In this document: positions 1-9,032 of the stretch, one piece after another | How the letters are laid out: each line of letters starts with the position of its first letter | Position numbering within the stretch: the first letter of the stretch is position 1 | NCBI GenBank assembly: GCA_017438745.1 | Contig: JAFRUS010000093.1 | Coordinates: 3,794 to 67,793, forward strand | DNA: 64,000 bases | Origin: Oscillospiraceae bacterium | GTDB taxonomy: Bacteria > Bacillota > Clostridia > Oscillospirales > Ruminococcaceae | Direction of reading: 5' to 3' | Program-made: the position numbers and the translations under genes | The notes under the pieces: generated by a model | Seen by the model: the letters and a program-made list of their open reading frames with translations, nothing else | Databases searched by the model: none | Told to the model about the DNA's origin: nothing

Positions 1-8
1 AGGTTAAA

Positions 9-845
9 ATGAATGTTGTATCCGTTGATCAGGATCGTCCGGATGCCGATACAAGGATAAAAGGTTCCGATACTGTTGACTTGTCTGAAAATGAAGGCGA
101 GGTTCGTTTCGATATTGTCTTTGATGCAGTTATCCCTGATACGCAGAAAACAATAAGGGTTATTATAAACATAGAGATACAGGTTAAAACTGACATGACA
201 TATTCACTTGTAACCAGAGGGATTTATTATGGTTCACGTTTGATATCTCGTCAGAAAGGGACTGCTTTCAAAAATCAGGAGTATCAGGATATTCAAAAAG
301 TGTATTCCATATGGATTTGTCCGTCACCTAAAAACATTAATGCAAATTCAATTGTCAGATATGGTATAACAAAAAAAGATTCCATGGGAAATGCAGCTGA
401 AGAGCCAGCTCAAAACTACGATAAAATGGATATCGTCATAATTTCACTTAATGATGACAGTGATGCAAACAATAAAAATGACTGCAGCGATATTGTCCGT
501 CTGCTTACAGCGCTTCTGTCAACTGGAAAGGATACAGAAACACGTAAGAAAATTCTGGACACCGAATTTGGAATTCCTATGACAAAAGAAATCGAAAAGG
601 AGGTTTTCGAAATGTGTAATATCGGATATGCTATTGAGACCCGTGCAAGAGAAGAGGGAATTAAAGAGGGTAAAAGAGAAGGCGAGCGAAAAGGTGAACG
701 TAAAGGAAAGATTAAAACTCAGCTTGAAAATGTACGTACTATTATGAAAAAGATGAACAAAACTGCTAAAGAAGCAATGGATTTTCTTGATATTCCGGAA
801 AAAGATCGTAAAGTCCTTATTAAGGAACTGGAAACTGAAGTTTAA
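9..845 (+). CDS. Rpn-family recombination-promoting nuclease / PD-(D/E)XK putative transposase-like protein
   Basis: 278-aa ORF. It has the IRVIINIEIQ core strand and the C-terminal MC..I...AREEGIKEGKREGERKGERKG basic repeat typical of Rpn/YhgA-like proteins. The frame stays open to the window edge, so the true N-terminus may lie upstream. Confidence 0.6.
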   Translation: MNVVSVDQDRPDADTRIKGSDTVDLSENEGEVRFDIVFDAVIPDTQKTIRVIINIEIQVKTDMTYSLVTRGIYYGSRLISRQKGTAFKNQEYQDIQKVYSIWICPSPKNINANSIVRYGITKKDSMGNAAEEPAQNYDKMDIVIISLNDDSDANNKNDCSDIVRLLTALLSTGKDTETRKKILDTEFGIPMTKEIEKEVFEMCNIGYAIETRAREEGIKEGKREGERKGERKGKIKTQLENVRTIMKKMNKTAKEAMDFLDIPEKDRKVLIKELETEV

Positions 846-854
846 TTAACAGTC

Positions 855-903
855 ACGCCGCATCCCATCGGATTATTTGTCCGTATGAGATGCGGCGTTT
901 TTG
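855..903 (+). terminator. Rho-independent terminator after the Rpn-like gene
   Basis: Stem acgccgcatc / gatgcggcgt followed by a T run. Confidence 0.7.
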
Positions 904-1083
904 CGTTTGAGGTACAATTTGAGTTTAAGGTTAGTTGCAAGGTGCTTGCTACGTAAAGGGTAAAATGACTGCTATTGCAGTCATTTTAATATAATAGCAA
1001 TCGGAGGTCGAAGACCTCCGATTACCGTTTCTGCCGGATGACAGTATATTGTGTGTAGATATAAACTTGATAATTAATTACAG

Positions 1084-1121
1084 AAAAAAACACGCAGGCC
1101 AGATAACCTGCGTGTTTTTGT
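1084..1121 (-). terminator. Bidirectional rho-independent terminator ending the polyamine operon
   Basis: Stem acacgcagg / cctgcgtgt flanked by an A run and a T run, 3 nt beyond the stop of the 1124-2266 gene. Confidence 0.75.
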
Positions 1122-1123
1122 TA

Positions 1124-2266
1124 TTACAATCTCATTTTAAAATCTTCATAGCCGAAGGACTTAAGTGTTTCCACTGTGCCGTCTTTTCTGCATAGCAGGA
1201 TGGACGGGAGACCCATGCCGTTGAAGGTGTTGTTTTTGACCATTGTGTAGATAGCCATGTCGGCGAATATGAGTCTGGAACCGGTTTTAAGTTCTTCGTC
1301 GAATGAATATTCACCGATGTGGTCGCCTGAAAGGCAGGTCTGTGAACCGAGACGGTAGGTGTATTTCTTTTCACCGGCTTTGCCTGAATCAAGAAGGGGA
1401 GGACGGTATGGCATTTCGAGAACATCAGGCATGTGGCATGCGGCTGATGTGTCGAGGATTGCTATGTTCATGTCATCCTTTTCGATCATGTCGAGAACTT
1501 CGGTAACGAGATATCCGGCATTCAGTGCTATAGCTTCACCTGGTTCAAGGAAAACTTCGAGACCGTACTTTTCCTGCATGTGTTTTATGCATTTTTCAAG
1601 ACGCGGGATGTCGTAGTCATCTCTTGTAATGTGATGGCCGCCGCCGAAGTTTATCCATTCCATTCTGTCAAGGTACTTTCCGAACTTTTCTTCAACTGCT
1701 TCAAGAGTTGATTCAAGGTCGTCGGAATTCTGCTCGCAGAGCGTGTGAAAATGAAGTCCGGTAACTCCGGCAAGATCATCTTCACGGAAGTTTTTAAGCG
1801 GTATGCCGAGACGTGAAACAGGGGAGCACGGATCGTAGATCTCGTGGCCGATCTGAGTCGAAAACTCCGGATTGATGCGAAGACCGATCTTTTTTCCTTT
1901 TTTAAGAACTCTGTCTCTGTAGCGGTCAAGCTGTGTGAATGAATTGAAGATGATGTGGTCGCAGTAGTCTGCAATCTCATCGATCTCGTTTTCACGGTAT
2001 GCAGCCGAGAATACATGGTTTATCTTACCCATGCATTCGTGTCCGAGACGTGCCTCATAAAGTCCGCTGCAGGCTGTACCGCTGATGTATTCCGCTATAA
2101 GCGGATACAGGTGGTAGCAGGAAAACGCCTTCTGTGCAAGAAGGATCTTGCAGCCGGTGCGTTTTTCTACTCCGTTTAGAATTTCAAGATTTTTTATAAG
2201 TGCCTTTTCGTCGATTATATATGAAGGGGTGATCACTTTACCCGCATCAAAATCAAGCTTCTTCAT
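1124..2266 (-). CDS. nspC: Carboxynorspermidine/carboxyspermidine decarboxylase
   Basis: 380 aa. The N-terminus (PSYIIDEKALIKNLEIL) and the GGGHHIT and EPGEAI segments fit the alanine-racemase-fold CANSDC family. Overlaps the upstream dehydrogenase gene by 14 nt. Confidence 0.8.
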   Translation of the reverse strand: MKKLDFDAGKVITPSYIIDEKALIKNLEILNGVEKRTGCKILLAQKAFSCYHLYPLIAEYISGTACSGLYEARLGHECMGKINHVFSAAYRENEIDEIADYCDHIIFNSFTQLDRYRDRVLKKGKKIGLRINPEFSTQIGHEIYDPCSPVSRLGIPLKNFREDDLAGVTGLHFHTLCEQNSDDLESTLEAVEEKFGKYLDRMEWINFGGGHHITRDDYDIPRLEKCIKHMQEKYGLEVFLEPGEAIALNAGYLVTEVLDMIEKDDMNIAILDTSAACHMPDVLEMPYRPPLLDSGKAGEKKYTYRLGSQTCLSGDHIGEYSFDEELKTGSRLIFADMAIYTMVKNNTFNGMGLPSILLCRKDGTVETLKSFGYEDFKMRL

Positions 2267-3470
2267 GGCTGTTGTCTACAGGTACAGGGTTAAAGTTTTC
2301 CTTCCAAGGGAGACCCCACTTGTTGAGAGCTTCCATGAACGGATCCGGATCGAATTCTTCGATGTTGTGAACGCCAGGCTTCTTCCACTTGCCTGTCATT
2401 ACCATCATGGCACCGATCATTGCAGGTACACCTGTTGTGTAGGAAATGGCCTGTGAGCCGACTTCCTTGTAGCATTCCTGGTGGTCACATACGTTGTATA
2501 CGTAGTAGTGAACTTCCTTGCCGTCCTTTACGCCGTGGCAGATACAGCCGATGTTTGTCTTGCCCTTTGTTCTCGGACCGAGTGACGCAGGGTCAGGAAG
2601 AACTGCCTTGAGGAACTGGAGAGGAACGATTTCCTTGCCTTCGTACATGATAGGTTCGATAGATGTCATACCTACGTTTTCAAGACACTTGAGATGTGTA
2701 AGATAGCTCTGACCGAATGTCATGAAAAATCTGATTCTCTTGATGCCTGTGATGTTGAGGGCGAGAGATTCAAGTTCTTCGTGGTGGAGGAGGTACATAT
2801 CCTTTTCGCCGACTTCGTCGAAGTTATATACTCTCTTGATCTCCATAGGCTTTGTTTCTATCCACTTGCCGTTTTCGATGTAGCTGCCGTTTGCAGATAC
2901 TTCACGGATGTTGATCTCAGGGTTGAAGTTTGTTGCGAACGGATAGCCGTGGTCGCCGCCGTTGCAGTCGAGAATATCTATGTAGTGGATCTCATCGAAG
3001 TAGTGCTTGAGAGCATATGCAGAGAAAACACCTGTAACGCCAGGATCGAAGCCGCTTCCGAGAAGTGCTGTGATACCTGCTTTTTCATATCTTTCTCTGT
3101 ATTCCCACTGCCACTTGTACTCAAACTTTGCAGTATCAAGAGGCTCGTAGTTAGCAGTGTCAACGTAGTCTACCTTGCATTCGAGACAAGCGTCCATGAT
3201 TGTAAGGTCCTGATAAGGAAGTGCAACGTTGATACAGATGTCAGGCTTGTAGCTCTTCATGAGTGCAACAAGTTCCTCAACATTGTCAGCGTTTACCTGA
3301 GCTGTTGTGATCTTTGTCTTTCCGCCGTCAAGTTTTGCCTTGAGTGCATCGCACTTTGACTTTGTTCTGCTTGCTATGCAGATCTCCTCAAATACTTCAC
3401 TGTTCTGGCAGCACTTGTGTACAACAACGCTTGCTACACCGCCTGCACCAATAATTAAAGCTCTACCCAA
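2253..3470 (-). CDS. Carboxy(nor)spermidine synthase/dehydrogenase (saccharopine dehydrogenase family)
   Basis: 405 aa. N-terminal Rossmann motif IIGAGGVASVV. Length and pairing with nspC fit CANSDH/CASDH. Confidence 0.8.
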   Translation of the reverse strand: MGRALIIGAGGVASVVVHKCCQNSEVFEEICIASRTKSKCDALKAKLDGGKTKITTAQVNADNVEELVALMKSYKPDICINVALPYQDLTIMDACLECKVDYVDTANYEPLDTAKFEYKWQWEYRERYEKAGITALLGSGFDPGVTGVFSAYALKHYFDEIHYIDILDCNGGDHGYPFATNFNPEINIREVSANGSYIENGKWIETKPMEIKRVYNFDEVGEKDMYLLHHEELESLALNITGIKRIRFFMTFGQSYLTHLKCLENVGMTSIEPIMYEGKEIVPLQFLKAVLPDPASLGPRTKGKTNIGCICHGVKDGKEVHYYVYNVCDHQECYKEVGSQAISYTTGVPAMIGAMMVMTGKWKKPGVHNIEEFDPDPFMEALNKWGLPWKENFNPVPVDNSHEEA

Positions 3471-3512
3471 TTTTTTGTCCTCCTTGAAATAAAAATTTAA
3501 AGGTTTATTGCT

Positions 3513-3623
3513 GGAAACACTGATTAAGCAGCAGCTCCGGCTTCGCCGGAGCTGCGAGGGGAGAGAATGCAGGGCTTCGCCCCGTTACCCTCCGCACTGA
3601 ATTATGAATAAATCAGCGTTTCC
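3513..3623 (-). repeat. Modular GCGAAGC-hairpin intergenic repeat, copy A (reverse orientation)
   Basis: ggaaacactgatt ... agctccggcttcgccggagct ... gcagggcttcgcccc ... aatcagcgtttcc. Intercistronic, between speB and the dehydrogenase gene. Confidence 0.85.
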
Positions 3624-3626
3624 TCA

Positions 3627-4475
3627 TCATTTATAAATATAGAGAAGAATTTCTCTTAACAGCTTGCATGCGAGTGCTGTTGATGCACCGCTCTGGTCGT
3701 AGACCGGACAGAGTTCATTCATGTCGAGACCGACAATATTGAGTTCTGAAACAAGTTTTACAGCGTTTAAAAGCTGTCTGAATGAAACACCGTCCGCTTC
3801 AGGTGTACCTGTTCCCGGAAATACTGAAGGGTCAAGTACGTCAAGGTCAAGCGTGAAGTACACCGGCTTGCCCTTAAGCTTAGCGACCACATCTTCGAGT
3901 GTGTCGAAGTTGAAACGGTTTGTGTAGACGTGATCTTTTCCCCAGCGGAATTCCTCACGGTCGCCGCTTCTTATACCGAACTGAAAGATCTTGCCGTCGC
4001 CTACGAGATCGTGGCAGCGGTGAAGTACGCATGCGTGTGAAAGCTTTACTCCGAGGTAGTCATCACGAAGATCGGCATGAGCGTCGAAATGGATGATGTG
4101 AAGATCAGGATATTTCTTAAAGACCGAACGTACTGAGCCCAGTGTTACAAGGTGTTCACCGCCGATCATGAAAGGTATCTTTCCGTCTTCAAGTACCTTG
4201 TCTGTAAATTCTTCAATATCCTTAAGGGCAAGCTCGCTGCTTCCCATGCAGAGTTCAAGATCACCGGCATCGAATATCTTTGTGTCGAGAAGATCCTTGT
4301 CTGTGTAAGGACTGAATGTCTCAATGCCGAAGCTTTCGTTTCTGATAGCGGAGCTTCCGAAACGTGTGCCCGGTCTGTATGAGGTCGTGCTGTCGAACGG
4401 AGCACCGAAAAGAACTATTTTACTTTCGTCGTACTCAGCGTCGCAGGCGATGAATGTGCTTACGTTTTTATTCAA
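3627..4475 (-). CDS. speB: Agmatinase (ureohydrolase family)
   Basis: 282 aa. Mn-binding motifs GGEH, HFDAHADL and LDLDVLDP of the arginase/agmatinase family. Polyamine operon context. Confidence 0.85.
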   Translation of the reverse strand: MNKNVSTFIACDAEYDESKIVLFGAPFDSTTSYRPGTRFGSSAIRNESFGIETFSPYTDKDLLDTKIFDAGDLELCMGSSELALKDIEEFTDKVLEDGKIPFMIGGEHLVTLGSVRSVFKKYPDLHIIHFDAHADLRDDYLGVKLSHACVLHRCHDLVGDGKIFQFGIRSGDREEFRWGKDHVYTNRFNFDTLEDVVAKLKGKPVYFTLDLDVLDPSVFPGTGTPEADGVSFRQLLNAVKLVSELNIVGLDMNELCPVYDQSGASTALACKLLREILLYIYK

Positions 4476-4496
4476 CTTCTGTATTTCCTCCTGTGA

Positions 4497-5354
4497 TCAT
4501 TTGTATGTTTCACGAAGTGTGTTTCTTACATTGTTAGGGATGGCGAAGCATCCTGTGTGAAGAATTGTGTTGTAGTATTTTGTAACGAGACCGAGGCTGT
4601 TCCACCAGTCTGCCTTTAAGTCTGTACGCGGATCGAATTTCTTTGAAGCAAATCCGAAGAGCCAGTGACCTGAAGGGTAGGTAGGAATGTGTGCCTGGTA
4701 AACAAGAGCAGTACTGAAGAATTCCTTTATCCTGCTGTGAGCACGCTTCATTGAGTTTGCATATGAATCATAGAATGTGCTTTCGTGCTGGTTTACAAGG
4801 ATGCCGTCTTCGGTAAGTGCTCTGCAGCAGTTGCCGTAGAATTCAGTAGTGAAGAGTCCTTCGCCGACACCGAAAGGATCGGTTGAGTCAACGATAATGA
4901 GGTCGTACTTGCCGTCCGGAGCTGTTCTTACGAAGCGTACTCCGTCTTCGTAGTGTATGTGTACACGTTCGTCATCGAGGGAGCAGGATATTGACGGGAG
5001 ATACTCTCTGCATACGTCAACTACCATCTCGTCTATCTCGACAAGATCAATGTGCTCGATGGTTTTGTAACGGCAGAGTTCACGTACCGTGCCGCCGTCG
5101 CCGCCGCCTACGACAAGAACATTTTTGATGTCCGGATTTGTAGCCATCGGAACGTGTGTTATCATTTCGTGGTAGATGTATTCATCCTTTTCAGTTACCA
5201 TGAGGTAGCCGTCAAGGGTGAGGATACGTCCGAATTCCTTTGACTGGAAAACATCTATGCGCTGAAAATCGCTTTTTTCAGCTGCCAGGTGTTTGTCCAC
5301 CTTGATTGAAAATCTGACATTGTCAGTGTGGTTTTCTGTGTACCAGAGTTCCAT
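4497..5354 (-). CDS. speE: Spermidine synthase (polyamine aminopropyltransferase)
   Basis: 285 aa. MELWYTE start, VLVVGGGDGGTVRE SAM-derivative binding loop and the DSTDP motif. Confidence 0.9.
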   Translation of the reverse strand: MELWYTENHTDNVRFSIKVDKHLAAEKSDFQRIDVFQSKEFGRILTLDGYLMVTEKDEYIYHEMITHVPMATNPDIKNVLVVGGGDGGTVRELCRYKTIEHIDLVEIDEMVVDVCREYLPSISCSLDDERVHIHYEDGVRFVRTAPDGKYDLIIVDSTDPFGVGEGLFTTEFYGNCCRALTEDGILVNQHESTFYDSYANSMKRAHSRIKEFFSTALVYQAHIPTYPSGHWLFGFASKKFDPRTDLKADWWNSLGLVTKYYNTILHTGCFAIPNNVRNTLRETYK

Positions 5355-5361
5355 GTTTTAC

Positions 5362-6810
5362 TCACTCCTTTACGATCTGCAGGCTGCCTACTTCCATGTC
5401 CTGAGTGCCTGTCAGGAAACAGCCTTTTTCCTTGGCGTATTGAATGTAGCTTATTATTTCTCCGGTGATCTTTTCACCCGGTGCAAGGATCGGTATTCCC
5501 GGCGGATAGCACATTACAAATTCGCCGCAGATCTTTCCGTCGCATTTTTCAAGATCCATTTTTTCCTTTTCGCTGAAGAAAGCATCCTTTGGAGAAAGGC
5601 TTACGATCGGATTGATGTATTCGTGATCGAACAGTCCCGATTTGTCCTTGCCGTATCTACGCTTGATCTCGGCGAGAGCAGAGATAAGACGTTCTATTTC
5701 AAGAGCACGGTCGCCGGCGGAGATGTAGGCGAGAATGTTTCCGAGGTCGCCGAATTCTATCTGGATATTGTACTGATCGCGGAGAAGGTCATATACCTCG
5801 ATGCCTGCAAGACCAGTATCAAGTGTGTTTACCGAGAGTTTTGTCCTGTCAAAATCGAAGAATGCGTCTCCGTCGATGAGTTCAGGACCGAACGCGTAGT
5901 AGCCGCCGATGCTGTTTATCTCGTCGCGGGCATACTGTGCGTATTTTGTAGCTTTTTCAAATATTGAAGCACCGTTGAGTGCGAGGTTCTTTCTTGCAAT
6001 GTCAAGTGATGACATGAGGAGGTATGAAGCACTTGTGGTCTGCGTAAGGTTGATTACCTGACGGACATAGGCTTCATTTACTGAAGGACCAAGCAGCAGG
6101 ATCGAGCTCTGTGTAAGTGAGCCGCCTGACTTGTGCATGCTGACAGCTGCCATATCTGCTCCGGCTGCCATTGCGTTAAGCGGCATATCCTTTCCAAAGT
6201 AGAGGTGGGTTCCGTGTGCTTCGTCAACAAGCGCCATCATTCCGTGTCTGTGTGCAAGGTCAACTATTGACTTGAGGTCGGAGCATACGCCGTAGTAGGT
6301 CGGGTTGTTTATGAGCACGGCCTTTGCGTCCGGGTTTTCCTGTATTGCTTTTTCCACGTCCTTAACAGACATTCCAAGCGGTATGCCGAGTCTGTTGTTT
6401 ACGCCTGGATTAACGTATACAGGCTTTGCGCCGTTTACTACCAGTGCGTTGATGGCACTTCGGTGAACGTTTCGCGGCATGATGATCTTGTCGCCCTCCT
6501 TGGTGGATGACATTATCATAGCCTGTACTGAACCGGTAGTGCCGTTTACAATAAAAAATGAAGCTGCCGCACCGAAAGCCAGTGCAGCGAGTTCCTGTGC
6601 TTCCTTGATGACTGAAACAGGATGACACAGGTTGTCGAGTGGTTTCATTGAGTTTACGTCGGCCTTGAGACAGTTTACTCCGAGAAATTCTGTGAGTTCC
6701 TCGTTCCCTCTGCCGCCTTTGTGGCCCGGAACATCGAATGGAACGACCCTGTTCTGTCTGAGATTTTTCATTGCTTCGTATAACGGAGCATCATTCTGGG
6801 TATAATGCAT
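5362..6810 (-). CDS. speA: Orn/Lys/Arg decarboxylase family enzyme, probable arginine decarboxylase (Bacillus SpeA type)
   Basis: 482 aa, PLP fold type I with the S-M-H-K-S PLP-lysine motif. Size and operon context resemble firmicute SpeA. Confidence 0.75.
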   Translation of the reverse strand: MHYTQNDAPLYEAMKNLRQNRVVPFDVPGHKGGRGNEELTEFLGVNCLKADVNSMKPLDNLCHPVSVIKEAQELAALAFGAAASFFIVNGTTGSVQAMIMSSTKEGDKIIMPRNVHRSAINALVVNGAKPVYVNPGVNNRLGIPLGMSVKDVEKAIQENPDAKAVLINNPTYYGVCSDLKSIVDLAHRHGMMALVDEAHGTHLYFGKDMPLNAMAAGADMAAVSMHKSGGSLTQSSILLLGPSVNEAYVRQVINLTQTTSASYLLMSSLDIARKNLALNGASIFEKATKYAQYARDEINSIGGYYAFGPELIDGDAFFDFDRTKLSVNTLDTGLAGIEVYDLLRDQYNIQIEFGDLGNILAYISAGDRALEIERLISALAEIKRRYGKDKSGLFDHEYINPIVSLSPKDAFFSEKEKMDLEKCDGKICGEFVMCYPPGIPILAPGEKITGEIISYIQYAKEKGCFLTGTQDMEVGSLQIVKE

Positions 6811-6838
6811 TTCGGGTAATCCTCCGTTTCATAATATA

Positions 6839-6893
6839 GGAAACACTGACCCGGACAGACCTTTAAGCAGGCAGATCCGGATCAGTTGTTTTG
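6839..6893 (-). repeat. Short or degenerate member of the repeat family
   Basis: ggaaacactga-cccggacag...atccggatcagttgtttt, between the decarboxylase gene and speD. Shares ggaaacactga..ccggacag with the 7837 copy. Confidence 0.5.
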
Positions 6894-6895
6894 TA

Positions 6896-7720
6896 TCAGT
6901 ATATGTTTGCGCCGCTGAAGATCTCAATCATTTCGCGCCTTAAGCTGTTTGAAATATCGAGGCGCTGCTTCGGCGGAAGCTCGTAAACGTCCGTGTTGAA
7001 CAGATAGTTTTGGAGCTGAAGTTCCTTTATGAGCATCTTGGTGTGGAATATGTTTGACTGATACACGTTTACATCAATTGCGTCGTAGCGCTGGAGCGTT
7101 GCTTCGTTGATGTAGTTCTGTATTGAAGTTATATCGTGGTCAATGAAGTATTTCTTGCCGTGAACGTCGCGTGTGAATCCGCGTACACGGTAGTCGATTG
7201 TGATAATATCCGAATCAAAGCTTTCGATGAGGTAGTCAAGTGCATTAAGAGGGGATATCTCACCGCAGGTGGAAACGTCTATGTCAACACGGAAAGTGGA
7301 AATAGCGTTGTCCGGGTGTGATTCCGGGAAAGTATGCACCGTAAGGTGACTCTTGTCAAGATGAGCATGCACTGTTTCGTGAGCGACCATTTTACCACGG
7401 TTGCATGATTTGTCGATCTCTGAAGCAGGCACTTCGCCTTCCGCTATAAGAATATTTACGGAAGCCCCCTGAGGATCGTAATCCTGTTTTGAAATATTAA
7501 GTATGGTGGCTCCTATTATATCAGTTACATCGCACAGTATTCTTGTGAGACGTTCCGAGTTGTACTGCTCGTCAATGTACTGAAGGTAATCATGCTGTTC
7601 GCGTTCAGTTTTCGCATAACAGACATCGTAAATGTTGAAACTAAGGGTCTTGGTAAGATTGTTGAACCCATACAGGGAAAGCTTGTTATTATCCAATTTT
7701 TTAATCGACCTCCCAGTCAT
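6896..7720 (-). CDS. speD: S-adenosylmethionine decarboxylase proenzyme (E. coli-type class 1B)
   Basis: 274 aa. [19 protein letters not shown]...[11 protein letters not shown] closely parallels the E. coli SpeD self-cleavage region (K/S site) as I recall it. Confidence 0.85.
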   Translation of the reverse strand: MTGRSIKKLDNNKLSLYGFNNLTKTLSFNIYDVCYAKTEREQHDYLQYIDEQYNSERLTRILCDVTDIIGATILNISKQDYDPQGASVNILIAEGEVPASEIDKSCNRGKMVAHETVHAHLDKSHLTVHTFPESHPDNAISTFRVDIDVSTCGEISPLNALDYLIESFDSDIITIDYRVRGFTRDVHGKKYFIDHDITSIQNYINEATLQRYDAIDVNVYQSNIFHTKMLIKELQLQNYLFNTDVYELPPKQRLDISNSLRREMIEIFSGANIY

Positions 7721-7793
7721 AATAATGTATCAATTTATTCTATCATATATTGAGGTGAAAATCAATAAATTTCTGAATTTTTGACTGACAAAA

Positions 7794-7822
7794 TTGACAA
7801 CTGACGTGCAGCTGTGATATTA
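7794..7822 (+). promoter_or_regulatory. Candidate sigma-A promoter for the mrp-like gene
   Basis: TTGACA, 17 nt, ATATTA (an alternative TATTAT lies 2 nt further). Confidence 0.4.
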
Positions 7823-7836
7823 TAGTATAAGTTTAA

Positions 7837-7897
7837 GGAAACACTGATTTCCGGACAGGGAATCTGCGGACTTTTTCCCCGGTTCTCTTTACTGATT
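7837..7897 (-). repeat. Degenerate member of the repeat family in a 5' UTR
   Basis: ggaaacactgatttccggacag...ccccggttctctttactgatt. Confidence 0.45.
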
Positions 7898-7923
7898 ATA
7901 TTTTGAAAGGAACATCCGAAATA

Positions 7924-8769
7924 ATGAGCGAATCATGTACACATGACTGTTCGTCATGTTCAAGCAGCTGCGGCGAGAGAAAGGAACCGCAGAGCTTCAT
8001 TGAAAAGACAAATGAATATTCAAAGATCAAAAAGGTAATTGCTGTAGTGAGCGGCAAGGGCGGTGTCGGCAAGTCACTCGTTACTTCATCACTTGCAGTA
8101 AAGTCAAATAAAAAGGGATATAAGACTGCTGTTCTTGATGCGGACATCACAGGTCCATCCATTCCTAAGGCTTTCGGACTTAAGGAAAGAGCAACAGCAA
8201 ATGACAAGGATCTCCTTGATCCGTCACTCACAAAGACAGGAATAAAGGTAATGTCACTTAATCTTCTTATGGAGGACGAGACAACACCTGTTATCTGGAG
8301 AGGCCCTGTTATAGGCGGCACTGTCAAGCAGTTCTGGACAGATGTTATGTGGGGCGACGTTGACTACATGTTCATTGACATGCCTCCGGGAACAGGCGAC
8401 GTTCCGCTTACAGTATTCCAGTCTATCCCTGTTGACGGAATAGTTATCGTAACATCTCCTCAGGATCTTGTTTCAATGATCGTCGGCAAGGCTGTCCGTA
8501 TGGCTGAAATGATGAACATTCCGATAATCGGTCTTGTTGAAAACATGAGCTACATCGAATGCGACTGCTGCGGAAAGAAGATAAATCTTTACGGCGAAAG
8601 CAAGCTTGAAAAGGTAGCTGCCGAATACGGTGTCGAGGCTCTTGCGCAGATCCCGATAAAGCCAGAGATAGCAGCTGCATGCGACAACGGTACTGTTGAA
8701 ATGTGCGGAGACGAGGAATGGCTTGAAAAGGCATTCGAAGTTATTGAAAAGAAAACTGCTGACAAATAA
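7924..8769 (+). CDS. Mrp/NBP35/ApbC-family iron-sulfur cluster carrier ATPase
   Basis: Deviant Walker A SGKGGVGKS, a CxxC pair (ECDCCG) and the N-terminal Cys-rich CTHDCSSCSSSC. The start is ambiguous (TTG 7903 or ATG 7924). Confidence 0.85.
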   Translation: MSESCTHDCSSCSSSCGERKEPQSFIEKTNEYSKIKKVIAVVSGKGGVGKSLVTSSLAVKSNKKGYKTAVLDADITGPSIPKAFGLKERATANDKDLLDPSLTKTGIKVMSLNLLMEDETTPVIWRGPVIGGTVKQFWTDVMWGDVDYMFIDMPPGTGDVPLTVFQSIPVDGIVIVTSPQDLVSMIVGKAVRMAEMMNIPIIGLVENMSYIECDCCGKKINLYGESKLEKVAAEYGVEALAQIPIKPEIAAACDNGTVEMCGDEEWLEKAFEVIEKKTADK

Positions 8770-8856
8770 TTTTTCCATAATTTGTATCTAAATTATGTCT
8801 TTCAAAACAATTTTTGAATAAATCGCATATATTTTTAAGAAATTTATCTGATTTTA

Positions 8857-8885
8857 TTGACACATCGCATATTCTATGCTATAAT
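8857..8885 (+). promoter_or_regulatory. Consensus sigma-A promoter
   Basis: TTGACA (8857-8862), 17-nt spacer, TATAAT (8880-8885). Confidence 0.7.
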
Positions 8886-9032
8886 GATTATAGTTATAAG
8901 CGTGAAGTGTCTGCTATTGGAAGAATGACCAGTCACGCTGGTAACATCAGGGGTTAAACAGAATATTTATTTATTTTCTTAACATCATAATTGACAAGGA
9001 TGGCTTATGATGTGATTCACGGAGGGATTTTT

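Noticed and set aside
2694-3359. Long antisense ORFs opposite confirmed genes. Examples: 2694-3359 (+), 5293-5967 (+), 10310-10771 (-), 13992-14465 (-), 17105-17725 (-), 34223-34873 (+), 50761-51405 (-) and 63231-63713 (-).
   Set aside because: Each lies fully inside a longer ORF on the other strand whose product has clear family motifs. Their translations are low-complexity or Cys/Ser/Val-rich, have no RBS and carry no recognisable domain. They are typical shadow ORFs.
8886-9032. A possible riboswitch in the 145-nt leader of the orphan gene.
   Set aside because: I could not recognise the conserved core of any riboswitch class I know (TPP, SAM, FMN, purine, preQ1, c-di-GMP, ZTP, T-box and others), and only a generic stem is visible. 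It is kept as a low-interest note rather than an RNA feature.
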